The notes beneath the pieces are model-generated. The model ran no database searches and was not told where the DNA came from. It was given only the letters and a program-made list of their open reading frames with translations. The position numbers were made by a program, and so were the translations under genes. From a virus (taxonomy: Duplodnaviria > Caudoviricetes): 64,000 nt of DNA. Positions 1 through 9,877 of the stretch are shown piece after piece. Each line of letters begins with the position of its first letter. Position 1 is the stretch's first letter. The DNA lies in IMG/VR virus record IMGVR_UViG_3300050334_000106, positions 10,200 to 74,199 of that record. One strand, written 5' to 3'.

Positions 1-77
1 ATTATGGTTACTCTGTAATTAAAGATATTAGTTTTCTTAAATCCATAACAATACATACAGATCAGAATAATTATTTT

Positions 78-1520
78 GTGGCAAGATTTATTTTAGAAGA
101 ATATAAAAATGATACAGCAGTTTTTTATAAATTATTGGAGATCATTAAAGGATTTTTAGTATATAAATCCATATATTTCTTTAGTACCGAGCAGAAAAAA
201 ACTATGAAATCAAAACTTAAAGGTACAATTGTGTATTTTGATACTCGTTTATTAATTCATGCTTTAGGATATAACCGGGACGAAGATAAACTTGCTACCA
301 GGGAACTGATACGCCTTATTTACGAAAGTGGTGGTGAGGTAAAGACTTTTTCTCATAATAAAGATGAATTAGCTGGAATCCTCACAAAATACGCCAGGGA
401 CAGAGATTCAAGAAATAGCTTGAGTCTTGATTATTTTAATGTTAATTGCTATGATGAAACTGATGTTATTCGGCTACGTGATTCACTATCAATAAATCTT
501 GAACGCATCAAAATTTATGTTGTTGATACTCCAGAATATGGTGTTGTAGATGGATCTGACGTGGATAATAAAGGGTTTTTAGATCTAAAAGAGTTAAAAA
601 ACAAACTTGAGCAAAATCTCAGAAATTTTGGGAAAACGCCAAAAGAAACTAGTATAGAGAAAGATATAGAGTCTATTTCGGCTATAAGCAGACTTAGAGG
701 AAGGGCCTGTCCCTATAGTATCGAGAATTGCAAAGCTATATTTGTAACTACTAATTCAATAATATTACGCACATTGTATGATCTTTATAGTGAACGTTTC
801 TCAAAAGGAGAAATATGTTTTGCAATAATGGAAGTTGATTTAACTGCTGTCCTATGGTTAAAGAGTTTTGACAAACAAACAAATTTGCCTTGTTTGAAAC
901 TTCTTGAAAATGCTTATGCTGCTTGTTGTCCTTCTCAAGAGGTTATGACTTCTTTTGTGGAAAAAGTCATCCAATTGGAACGTGAAGGTAAAATTTCTGA
1001 TGAAGAGGCTCTTTTATTAAGAACTCAACATTCAGTTAAACAAGATATTCTCGACCTTTCCGAGAACAATTTAAACAAAATTTCACCAGAATTAGTTATT
1101 AAAGTAAAAGAACGTTTCGTAAATGCAATTAGTAAAGAAAACCAAACTCGCATTGATGCGTTGGTTGAAGAAAATAACAAATATAAACAAACAAGAGCGC
1201 AAGCATATGATATTGCAGAGAAAGAGTCAATAGATGAAAGCTCATTATTTGAACGTAGGTTGACTCGCGCGTCTAAAATTAGCTTTGGAATCATTGGGAT
1301 TGTATCAATAGTACTAACTGTTTATAGTTGCGTTTTTACAAATATTAGCCTAATTGCTTTAAGTATTCTTATTGTAATTCCTAGCGTTATTGGACTTATA
1401 GATACTCTTAAATCTAAATTTGGTATTGTATCGAAATATATTGTGCGAGCTAAACAGAAGCGATTTGATAAATTATATAGTCAAAAGATGAAACAAATTG
1501 ATCGATACTATTCACTATAA
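78..1520 (+). CDS. PIN-like domain protein with C-terminal double TM anchor (5' end probably outside window)
   Basis: Frame is open from position 3. PIN-like motifs YFDTRLL, KDIESI and FVTTN; two hydrophobic segments near the C-terminus; AT-rich. Confidence 0.55.
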   Translation: MARFILEEYKNDTAVFYKLLEIIKGFLVYKSIYFFSTEQKKTMKSKLKGTIVYFDTRLLIHALGYNRDEDKLATRELIRLIYESGGEVKTFSHNKDELAGILTKYARDRDSRNSLSLDYFNVNCYDETDVIRLRDSLSINLERIKIYVVDTPEYGVVDGSDVDNKGFLDLKELKNKLEQNLRNFGKTPKETSIEKDIESISAISRLRGRACPYSIENCKAIFVTTNSIILRTLYDLYSERFSKGEICFAIMEVDLTAVLWLKSFDKQTNLPCLKLLENAYAACCPSQEVMTSFVEKVIQLEREGKISDEEALLLRTQHSVKQDILDLSENNLNKISPELVIKVKERFVNAISKENQTRIDALVEENNKYKQTRAQAYDIAEKESIDESSLFERRLTRASKISFGIIGIVSIVLTVYSCVFTNISLIALSILIVIPSVIGLIDTLKSKFGIVSKYIVRAKQKRFDKLYSQKMKQIDRYYSL

Positions 1521-1587
1521 TATAACTCAATATTCCAGTCTTGTCATATAATTTTTAATTTAAAAATTGAAATAGTATAATAATATT

Positions 1588-1612
1588 AGCACCTCTAAGA
1601 AGGTGCTTTTTT
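1588..1612 (+). terminator. Intrinsic terminator
   Basis: AGCACCT-ctaaga-AGGTGCT followed by a T run. Confidence 0.75.
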
Positions 1613-1646
1613 AATGCCCAAAAATTAAAATCAAAGGAGTGATTTT

Positions 1647-2387
1647 ATGATTCAGTTAACCGAAAAGCAGCAAGAAATTATTGATTCTCCTGCCAGAGTA
1701 AAGCTTGCCATAGGCGGATACCGCAGCGGCAAAACAATACTTGCGATAATGAACCTATGGAACAACATGAAGCAATTTAATAGTCCTTCCTTTAGAGGAA
1801 TATTTCTAGTAAATAGCGATAGCCTTGTAAGATATTCTTTAAGAGAATTTAAGAGAGTACTTCCTGCTGCTAGCATTACTGCCATAATGAATGAGCATGG
1901 AAATGTGCTCATAAAGACTAAATTAGGGAGAATTGTTATCGCAAAAGAGCTTGTGCCTGTAAATTTTGATAATATCACAATCGACAACGCGTCAAGCAAT
2001 AAGTATGCCAATCCAGAGATTTTAAAAGCATGGAGTAAAATTTATATCACCGGTCATCTACCTGATGATATCGATAATCAGTTTTTTAAATGGTGGCTTA
2101 AAGAATATTTCTCTGATACGGATGGGGTTTCTGCTTTTAGAATCACGGAAACCTTTATGGATGTCCATGGCAAAGAAGGTGGTTTAATTTCTGTCATTGG
2201 CATTAACCGATTTAACAGAGGCTATAATGCAATACCTGATTATGTGGATTATGGTTCTGAGGAAAGACGGCAGCAAATGTATAGACGAGAATATCTTGCT
2301 GAATTCACAGACAAAATTGAAAATAGTGAAATCGGTTTTGATTTTAAGGCTCCATACTCCATGGGCTTTGACAAAGCTAAAGAATAA
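1647..2387 (+). CDS. Truncated terminase large-subunit-like ATPase paralog (no nuclease domain)
   Basis: LTEKQQEII, Walker A GGYRSGKT, Walker B-like ITIDN. The C-terminal YRREYLAEF matches YRQDYLAEF of the next ORF. Confidence 0.65.
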   Translation: MIQLTEKQQEIIDSPARVKLAIGGYRSGKTILAIMNLWNNMKQFNSPSFRGIFLVNSDSLVRYSLREFKRVLPAASITAIMNEHGNVLIKTKLGRIVIAKELVPVNFDNITIDNASSNKYANPEILKAWSKIYITGHLPDDIDNQFFKWWLKEYFSDTDGVSAFRITETFMDVHGKEGGLISVIGINRFNRGYNAIPDYVDYGSEERRQQMYRREYLAEFTDKIENSEIGFDFKAPYSMGFDKAKE

Positions 2388-2437
2388 ATAATATTTCAGC
2401 ACTAATGAGAGTGCTTCTTTCATTGGTGGTGATATCT

Positions 2438-4000
2438 ATGCCCCGAAAAGGCGGTTCAGTAAGTATTATAACGCAAAAGAACGAAAAACTTATTCAGCAC
2501 TCAACAAGTGAGAGAGTTGCTATTTGTGAACAGTGCGGGAAACCATTCACCCAGATTTACCGCTCTGAGTACGATTCTTACACATCTTTCAGAACATGTG
2601 GCTCTTGTCGTATGGCAAATGCTCGGGGCGGTATCAACATTGCTGCTGATTATACTCCGCATTGGGGCCAACAGTTAATCCATGATTCAACTGCCAGATT
2701 TAAAGTAATTGCAGCTGGAGCTCGTTGGGGTAAAGACCGATGTTCAATCATGGAAGGCATTGATTATTTTATAAAATGCCTCAATGAGGACCGTGGTTCT
2801 GACATGGTCCCTCATGCTTTGTGGTGGATAATTGCTCCTACAGAAAAAGTTGCAAACCAGAACTGGCGTGAGCTTACGCACAACCTGCCGAAAGAAATTG
2901 TTGTTGATGTTTCCAAAACAACAAGAACCATTGAAACAGTAAATGGCGGTGTTATTGAAGTCCATTCTGCATACGATCCTGAAGCTCTGGTCGGTGTTGG
3001 TCTTGATATCGTCACAATAACAGAGGCTGCCAGAATTGCAGATATGGAAGATGTATGGTCAAACCTTGAAGCCCGTCTTAATTCTCCCGGCCGTGGCCTT
3101 GAGGGAAAAGGTGGAGTTGCACTGATCAACTCTTCCCCGCTCGGGATGAATTATTTCTATAAAATGTGGAAATGGGGACAAAAAAGCACTTCTGATTGGG
3201 ATCCCGATTGGGAAAGCTGGCAGTTCACTACTTGGGATAATCCCTATATGGCCGAGAGAGGTAATCAAATTACAAAGAACGGCCGGACATATCGTGAAAA
3301 CCTTGAACGCAGAATGTCTAAGAATAGATATCGTCAGGATTACCTTGCTGAGTTCATTGCTGATATAAATTCCGTTTTCCCGAATTACGAAAGAGTCATG
3401 ATAAAAGCACCTGCAGGCTTGACCGATGAGCAAGTCAATGAATTCTGGCGCAAATGGGAAGAACCTGAACCATTCGAAACATATACAATCGGATATGACC
3501 CGGCTTCAAAGGGTGATGGAAAACCAGCTATAATCAGAAACAGCAAAGGCCGGGTTGTTAAGATAGATCAAATGGTTGGTCTTGGTTGGGATTCACAGTG
3601 GGACAGAATAGCCTTTTATTCCCGATTATATAACGGAGCTTCAGTTAATTTTGGGCAGACTGGTATCGGTGAAACCATTGGTTCACAGCTTATAAAAAGA
3701 GGGTTAACGGTCTTCCCTATCAACGAGCAAGGCCGAAATAAGGAAAAGCTGGTTGATGATTTCTCTATTGTGGTTGAGCAGCAATGGTGTGAAATCCCTT
3801 GGAGCCAGGAAACAGAAAATCAGTTAAAAGGTTATATCTCAGTGAATCGGCCCGGACAGTCAACACAATATCATAACGGAACAGATAGTGACTACGACGA
3901 TATTGTCAGTGGTCTTTATTTTTGTTTTGCTGACTTTCAGGCTCCTGCATTGGTCTTACCAGGTATGTTCCGGATGAGCGGTGTTGTGAGGGCAAGTTAA
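2438..4000 (+). CDS. terL: Terminase large subunit (N-terminal Zn ribbon, ATPase, RNase H-like nuclease)
   Basis: CxxC...CxxC, AGARWGKD, ITEAA, NSSPLG, IGYDPAS, DYDDIV; upstream of the portal. ATG 2438 follows a GGTGGTGA RBS (ORF track starts at 2405). Confidence 0.9.
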   Translation: MPRKGGSVSIITQKNEKLIQHSTSERVAICEQCGKPFTQIYRSEYDSYTSFRTCGSCRMANARGGINIAADYTPHWGQQLIHDSTARFKVIAAGARWGKDRCSIMEGIDYFIKCLNEDRGSDMVPHALWWIIAPTEKVANQNWRELTHNLPKEIVVDVSKTTRTIETVNGGVIEVHSAYDPEALVGVGLDIVTITEAARIADMEDVWSNLEARLNSPGRGLEGKGGVALINSSPLGMNYFYKMWKWGQKSTSDWDPDWESWQFTTWDNPYMAERGNQITKNGRTYRENLERRMSKNRYRQDYLAEFIADINSVFPNYERVMIKAPAGLTDEQVNEFWRKWEEPEPFETYTIGYDPASKGDGKPAIIRNSKGRVVKIDQMVGLGWDSQWDRIAFYSRLYNGASVNFGQTGIGETIGSQLIKRGLTVFPINEQGRNKEKLVDDFSIVVEQQWCEIPWSQETENQLKGYISVNRPGQSTQYHNGTDSDYDDIVSGLYFCFADFQAPALVLPGMFRMSGVVRAS

Positions 4001-4135
4001 CAAGTTAATAAATTTTGCATGCCGTGAATAACGGGGACTTAGTTATGGGTCCGGCCCAAACCTCCAGGCCATCCTTCCTACGTGCGGCATGCATTTTACA
4101 TATTTGGAGGTCAAATAAAATTAGGAGGCGATTAT

Positions 4136-4462
4136 ATGGAAAGTGAAAGAACTAAAGCTGCCAGAGAAAGGCTTACCCAATCCATAAAAAATGCTAGTCC
4201 AGAAACAAGGAAAGCTCTCAAAGAAGCTCTGGAAGAAACCAGGAAACATTTCCAGAAGCCAGAAGTCATTCAAGAATTATCATCAAATCTGAATAAAATT
4301 AAAACCGCTTTTGACAGCGGGAAGGTCAAAAAAATCACTGAGCAGTTTAAAGTAAAACATGGTCTATCTGGCAGCACAAAGTTGACTGATGATATGAAAA
4401 GAAAGCTTGTTGAAGAATTGGTAAATGGAATTATTGGAGGCGGACCCCATGAAAAAATGTAA
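4136..4462 (+). CDS. Hypothetical protein
   Basis: AGGAGG RBS before ATG 4136; basic helical ORF. Confidence 0.6.
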   Translation: MESERTKAARERLTQSIKNASPETRKALKEALEETRKHFQKPEVIQELSSNLNKIKTAFDSGKVKKITEQFKVKHGLSGSTKLTDDMKRKLVEELVNGIIGGGPHEKM

Positions 4463-4569
4463 TTTTTGCTACCTAAAAAACGCAAAGCCGTGTTATGAGT
4501 GTTCGGCCTGTATGAGCGGAGACGACCACTTTAGACCACTTCCCAAAGAACTAACGGAGGTTGACGAAA

Positions 4570-4842
4570 ATGAAACTGAATCTTGATAATAATCTCCTCG
4601 ATTTAAGAGGAGCTCCGCAGGATAAACTTCTGTGCGAAATACTGGCCGATATTTTGGCAACATCAAGCACAAGCCGACCAGCTCAGACTATGGCCTGGGC
4701 TTATGACCTGATAAAGAGTGGTGAAATTGAGATTTCCAAGGATGATATCGCCTTTATCGTTGACCTTATAATAAGGAGCCAGAGTTTTATTGATTTGGCA
4801 AAGGCTCAGTTGCTTGAAGAAATAGAAAAGCTGAAGGATTGA
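4570..4842 (+). CDS. Hypothetical phage protein
   Basis: GGAGG RBS; directly upstream of the portal. Confidence 0.65.
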   Translation: MKLNLDNNLLDLRGAPQDKLLCEILADILATSSTSRPAQTMAWAYDLIKSGEIEISKDDIAFIVDLIIRSQSFIDLAKAQLLEEIEKLKD

Positions 4843-4852
4843 AGGTGATAAA

Positions 4853-6277
4853 ATGGCCTTTTGGAACGACATGTTTGCAAAGAAATCAAGGGATGCTCCT
4901 CAAAACATACCGCCTGGCAGACGAACCCAAATTGGCAATGGTTTTAATACTACGCTGTCCCCTCACAGGTCAAGAACTTATGACACACTAAAAACATTGC
5001 GACATATACCAGAGGAAGCTGAAGCTGTAAACTTTCTGAAAAGAGTTAATCCTGATGTATCAATGGCTGGATGGAACTTTATTCGTTTGGCAAATCAGGG
5101 GCATGAAGCTCAGTTCTATGCGCTTGATGGCAAAACCCGACTCACTGATGTCGAAAGCCAGTGGCGTGATTTCGCAGCCCAAATAAATGAAATAAGTAAT
5201 TCCGGATTAGATGGATTGCTTGATCAGGTACATGGAAGCCATTTTTTTAGAGGTGCTATGGGATGGGAAGTCGAGGTTAATGAGCGACGTAATGATATAT
5301 ACGATATCCACCCGGTTATTCCCCAGACCATTGAATGGGAATTGCTTGATGTGAAGGGCCGAAAGAAATATGTCCCCTACCAATGGAACATGACTGAAAA
5401 GGTTTATTTAGGACCAAATCAGGCAAACTTTTTTTGGGTACCTGCAGATCCTGAAATCGGTGACCCACGCGGCACATTAAACATGACACCGGTTCTACAG
5501 GCTATTGACTTCCAGATGCAAATCCTTCAGGACCTGCAAGCCGTGCTCCATCATCAAGGATACCCCAAGAACGATGTATCCATGGATATTGAAAAGATGT
5601 ATGCCCTCTGCCCTGCTCACATAAAAAACGATGCTGTCAAGCTTGAACAGTGGTTTCAAAAGCAACTTGACAACATGATTCACTCACTTGAAACTATGAA
5701 TCCTGATGCGGATTATGTGCATTTCAGCGATACAACAATTAATACGAATCAGGGTGCCAATGCTGCTCGAAGTCTTGACGTAAGGGCTGTAAACGAATTA
5801 GTTGATACTCAAACGCTATCTGGTTTAAAACAGATGGCTATTTTTATGAACAGGAACCAAGGCGTTACTGAAAGTTGGGGCACCGTCCAATTCCGCATAT
5901 TTTGTTCGGGGATTGCTTCTTGTCAACGCGGCAGCAAACGGCTTGTTGAGGAAACCATGCGGCTCTGGTTAAGAGTTAAAGGCATTCAGGCTATTCCGGT
6001 GTTTAAGCATAACACAATTGATTGGAACTCCGAAGAACAGCGTATGACTGTTGAAAAAATGAAGCAGGAATTCTATGCGATTGCTGTATTGATGGGCTGG
6101 GTTGATAATGATGTGGCTGCCCAGGAAGTCATGAAGGTGCAAAAAGCCACCGGGAAGCCTAGTGAAAATATTCGGGCAACTTTTAGTTCGGGAGGTGGTA
6201 ACAGTGGAAATGACAAACATTCGGGGACAAAACTTCAATCAGATGTTTCCAAAGCCAACATTGATTCAATGTCCTAA
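4853..6277 (+). CDS. Portal protein
   Basis: 474 aa between terminase and protease; portal-like motifs (DPRG...PVLQAI, HQGYPK). Confidence 0.85.
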   Translation: MAFWNDMFAKKSRDAPQNIPPGRRTQIGNGFNTTLSPHRSRTYDTLKTLRHIPEEAEAVNFLKRVNPDVSMAGWNFIRLANQGHEAQFYALDGKTRLTDVESQWRDFAAQINEISNSGLDGLLDQVHGSHFFRGAMGWEVEVNERRNDIYDIHPVIPQTIEWELLDVKGRKKYVPYQWNMTEKVYLGPNQANFFWVPADPEIGDPRGTLNMTPVLQAIDFQMQILQDLQAVLHHQGYPKNDVSMDIEKMYALCPAHIKNDAVKLEQWFQKQLDNMIHSLETMNPDADYVHFSDTTINTNQGANAARSLDVRAVNELVDTQTLSGLKQMAIFMNRNQGVTESWGTVQFRIFCSGIASCQRGSKRLVEETMRLWLRVKGIQAIPVFKHNTIDWNSEEQRMTVEKMKQEFYAIAVLMGWVDNDVAAQEVMKVQKATGKPSENIRATFSSGGGNSGNDKHSGTKLQSDVSKANIDSMS

Positions 6278-6401
6278 ATGTGGCGGCTGTATGATGGATT
6301 ATGCTCCTGGATTCAAATGCTATACTTGTGGATTTGAACAACCTCCCGTTTTTACGAAAACATCAAGTCATACAATGAAAGAAGGTGATAAATTTGAGTA
6401 A
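6204..6401 (+). CDS. Small Zn-ribbon protein overlapping the portal 3' end
   Basis: GGAGGTG 6191-6197 then GTG 6204; CPKC...CYTC. Confidence 0.55.
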   Translation: MEMTNIRGQNFNQMFPKPTLIQCPKCGGCMMDYAPGFKCYTCGFEQPPVFTKTSSHTMKEGDKFE

Positions 6402-7818
6402 ATTCGGAGTACCAACGGAACAGCAGTTGACTAAAATAAATAGGCTTGCCAAAAGAACCTTGTCAGCCGATGAGGTTTTTGCATTTTCAGGGAAATCCGC
6501 CGGTGACATCATGATACCTGGTAGGTATATAAGACTCAGTCCGGAACTTCTAAAGGTTATGATTGACGACGCCCAAAAGGGTGTATCATTCATGTTGAAT
6601 CATAACTGGAGCTCATTTGGTGGCATACAAGGTATTCCTTATGGCAAGGTATTTGATGGAAGGATCGAACAGAGCACGGCAGATGGTGAAACCGTCTCTA
6701 TGATTCTTGACAAATTTATTGTCAGAGATAACGAAACTGTGGACGGCGTTTCCAATGACGCACTCATTAAGAAGATTGAAACTGGCGTATTGTCTGATAC
6801 TTCAATAGGTTGGACTACCAATGTAATGACTTGCTCCGTTTGTGGCATGAACTACTACAGTAGAGATTGTAGTCATTGGAAAGGTCAAACCTATGACTTG
6901 TCAGATGGAACAAAGAAACTATGCACAGTAACTGCTATGCCCCCTTCCTTAATAATTCCTTATAACAATAATGCCCTTATGGAAGAAAGTATTGTATGGG
7001 ATGGTGCTTATCCCGGCGCAATGGTAACACAGGCAAAGCATGGAGATGTAATTGAATTGCCGACAGGCAATTTTACGGTCATTCAAGATAAACTTGAATT
7101 GCCTGAAAATACGTCGTTTTATGGCAAATATCATAACGGTGATATTGTGACCATGGTGAAAAAATCAGAACATAAAAAAGTGTTTACTGGTGGGAATGTT
7201 ATATCTGACGATGTGTTATCCTTGAGAACAGCACATGAACTTGAAAATCTTGTAAAGAAAACAGGCAAAGCCGGTAAAAGCGTATGTCAAGCCTTAAAAT
7301 TGAAAGGTGGTGAAAAACCAATGAATGAAAAGTTAAAGAAAATGCTTGAAACCTTGGGAGTTTCCTTTGAGGAAGGTAAGACTACCATGGAGGAATTGTG
7401 CAATCAGATTGCTGAAAAGTTCGAGGCTCTTCCGCCTGCCGAACATGCAGAGCATTACATGACTCAGGAACATGCCAAGGAAAAACTCGGCAAAGAACTC
7501 TCTGCTGATGAGCTCTTGAAGCTTGCAACTGATGGTCAGTGCTTTGCGTCACAGAAAGCTGAGTATGATACATACAGGCAGCAGACTATTGACAATGCCA
7601 TTGCAATGGGTGTTCGTGCTATGGGCAATGACTTCCCCGTTGATACATGGAAAGCTACATTTGCATCCATGGGGAAAAAGGCCATTGAAGATATTACAAA
7701 AACTTGGGAAACTCAGGCCAAAGCTGATATACCGGCAGGAAGATTAACAAATCCGGAAGCAAATAGCCAGAAGCAATCGCAGTCAATACCAGAAGAAATG
7801 TACCAGGTGGGAAGATAA
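6394..7818 (+). CDS. Prohead protease / scaffold protein
   Basis: Between portal and capsid; FMLNHNW, DTSIGW and EESIVW protease-like motifs; charged helical C-terminal part; TTG 6394 after AAGGTGA. Confidence 0.75.
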   Translation: MSKFGVPTEQQLTKINRLAKRTLSADEVFAFSGKSAGDIMIPGRYIRLSPELLKVMIDDAQKGVSFMLNHNWSSFGGIQGIPYGKVFDGRIEQSTADGETVSMILDKFIVRDNETVDGVSNDALIKKIETGVLSDTSIGWTTNVMTCSVCGMNYYSRDCSHWKGQTYDLSDGTKKLCTVTAMPPSLIIPYNNNALMEESIVWDGAYPGAMVTQAKHGDVIELPTGNFTVIQDKLELPENTSFYGKYHNGDIVTMVKKSEHKKVFTGGNVISDDVLSLRTAHELENLVKKTGKAGKSVCQALKLKGGEKPMNEKLKKMLETLGVSFEEGKTTMEELCNQIAEKFEALPPAEHAEHYMTQEHAKEKLGKELSADELLKLATDGQCFASQKAEYDTYRQQTIDNAIAMGVRAMGNDFPVDTWKATFASMGKKAIEDITKTWETQAKADIPAGRLTNPEANSQKQSQSIPEEMYQVGR

Positions 7819-7833
7819 TTGAAGATCAATACA

Positions 7834-7857
7834 AACCGCTTATGGGCGGTTATTTTT
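7834..7857 (+). terminator. Intrinsic terminator
   Basis: AACCGC-ttatgg-GCGGTT + ATTTTT. Confidence 0.6.
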
Positions 7858-7892
7858 ATGCTCTGAAACAGAGTGGAAAGGAAGTGTTCTAA

Positions 7893-8321
7893 ATGCCAAG
7901 AGGTGGAATTTCATTCGAAAGTATAGGCTTTCACGCGACAACATATAAGGCCGGTGCAGGAATAAAAGCATTGGTTGCTGCTGGTGGATTTGACACCAGA
8001 ACTGGATTGCCTACCGGGAAAGACCTTGTAAAAGACTTGCCGGTTGTTATAAGTGCAGCAGGTACGGTTGACCTTGGAACTGATGGAGATACAGTATTCG
8101 GATTTATTGATATCTATGAATTTGATGGTTACTGTTCCGTTCAGGATGCTGGATATCGCACAGGTGTGCCCACTACAGCAACTGCACCAACTGTCGGCAA
8201 AATCGTAGCACTAGACGGTGCCGGCAAGGTCAAGGATAGTGCCACAACTGCAAAATTAAGAAATCCGGTTTTTGTTGAGGTAGATGCCACATCAAAGACT
8301 GCAACTGTATTCATCGGTTAA
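7893..8321 (+). CDS. Head decoration/cement protein
   Basis: Small G/A/T-rich protein immediately upstream of the major capsid gene. Confidence 0.6.
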   Translation: MPRGGISFESIGFHATTYKAGAGIKALVAAGGFDTRTGLPTGKDLVKDLPVVISAAGTVDLGTDGDTVFGFIDIYEFDGYCSVQDAGYRTGVPTTATAPTVGKIVALDGAGKVKDSATTAKLRNPVFVEVDATSKTATVFIG

Positions 8322-8340
8322 TTGAGAGGAGATGATATAA

Positions 8341-9429
8341 TTGGCTATTTTACTAAAAGAATTGCATGGCGGGCTTTATAAGCAAGCTCACGAACAGGGA
8401 ATAACATTCTCAGCATTGCTGGAAAAAGAAAATCCCTCCAAGCCGGACAGTAAGCTTGATGCTTATGAGAGGCTGATGATGGAGGCAGGAATTCTCCCAC
8501 AGTCCAACCATTCTAAGAATGTTTTTGCTTCATCTGTTGAAGCGTTCTATCGCACCGACGAGAATAAAGCACTTTTCCCTGAATATGTTGCAAGGACTCT
8601 GGTTAAGGCGATGACGGTATTCCCGCTTTATAATTATCTTGTGGCTAACAGGTTCGGTATTGATGGTAATGTCTACAGTGCTACATACCTCGACCTTGAT
8701 GATGCTGTAAACAAGAAGGCTATGCAAATGAAGCGTGTCACAGAAGCCGGTGACCTTCCGGTTGCTAAATTGAGACTTGGAAAGTCTGCCATTCAGTTCT
8801 CAAAGTACGGAATGGGTGTTGAAGCTTCCTATGAGGCTATACGCAGAATGAGTTTGGACCTTTTCAATATTCATATTAGAGCTATCGGAACCTACGCTGC
8901 TGATAATAAAGTTGCAGAAATTCTTTCAGTTATCAAAGACGGTGACGGCAACAGCAATGCTGCTCCGGTGGTAAAGACAAGTGACCTTGATTCAACTGCT
9001 ACTGCGGCAATTTCGAAAGATGTATGGATTAAGTTCCTGCTTTCATTCTATCCTTACAACTGCAATACCGTGGTTGCAAATGTTGATGGATTGCTCCAGA
9101 TCCTCAAGGTACTATACCCGGCATCTGAAATTGCAAGTAAAATGGACGAATTGCTTGCCAACGGATTGAAGGTGAGTACGGTCCTTCCTCAGAATCTGAT
9201 CGCAAATACAACACTACTCTATAGCCCTGAGATTGAAAAAATTAGTGGCAAAGAGGTTGTATACGGAATTGATAGAAACAACACTATTGAGGAAATATTC
9301 GAACTTGGCTCCACAATTAATGAGGCTGATAAGTTTATCAAAAACCAGACTCAGATCATGACAGTATCCGAGAACAGTGGATTCAGAAAGATTCTCAAAG
9401 GTGCTTCTAAAATTCTGAGTATCCAGTAA
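8341..9429 (+). CDS. Major capsid protein
   Basis: 362 aa, position, HK97-like segments (VTEAGDLP...KYGMGVEASYE); TTG start after GAGGAG. Confidence 0.85.
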   Translation: MAILLKELHGGLYKQAHEQGITFSALLEKENPSKPDSKLDAYERLMMEAGILPQSNHSKNVFASSVEAFYRTDENKALFPEYVARTLVKAMTVFPLYNYLVANRFGIDGNVYSATYLDLDDAVNKKAMQMKRVTEAGDLPVAKLRLGKSAIQFSKYGMGVEASYEAIRRMSLDLFNIHIRAIGTYAADNKVAEILSVIKDGDGNSNAAPVVKTSDLDSTATAAISKDVWIKFLLSFYPYNCNTVVANVDGLLQILKVLYPASEIASKMDELLANGLKVSTVLPQNLIANTTLLYSPEIEKISGKEVVYGIDRNNTIEEIFELGSTINEADKFIKNQTQIMTVSENSGFRKILKGASKILSIQ

Positions 9430-9447
9430 AAAGGGGGTGCCTCCCCT

Positions 9448-9876
9448 ATGGCAAACAAGATTTTAGTTGATATGGGTTGGCAACAGAGAATACGGGATAA
9501 ACTGGGCGTTTTTGACTCATACCTCCTGGATTCAGTTATTGAACAACCAGACCATATAACCGTGGCAGAGGCGAACATAATAGCACAATTGCCCGATTAC
9601 AGCAGTATTACGGATGATACCGCAAGGGTTTATCTTGAAGCTGCCGTAGTTTGTGAGTGCGCTGCTTTAATATGTCCCTCCCTTCCTACCCGGTTACCTA
9701 CAAAAGAAACTGGCCCACACGAAAGCCATGAGCTTAATGTGGATTGGGAAAAAACAAAAGCTGACCTTGAGGTGGAGCGGGATGTATATATTGGGAAGGT
9801 TATTGAATTGGCCTTTCCTGAATTGTCCCCTCCTCCCATGCTTCATTTTACAGTAACACATCCGAGGCGGTGGTAA
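9448..9876 (+). CDS. Head-tail adaptor
   Basis: Position after the capsid gene; size; helical pattern. Confidence 0.6.
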   Translation: MANKILVDMGWQQRIRDKLGVFDSYLLDSVIEQPDHITVAEANIIAQLPDYSSITDDTARVYLEAAVVCECAALICPSLPTRLPTKETGPHESHELNVDWEKTKADLEVERDVYIGKVIELAFPELSPPPMLHFTVTHPRRW

Positions 9877-9877
9877 T

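Noticed and set aside
4462-4570. Hammerhead-like CTGTATGAG...GACGAAA
   Set aside because: The core deviates from CUGAUGA and the required stems are not present.
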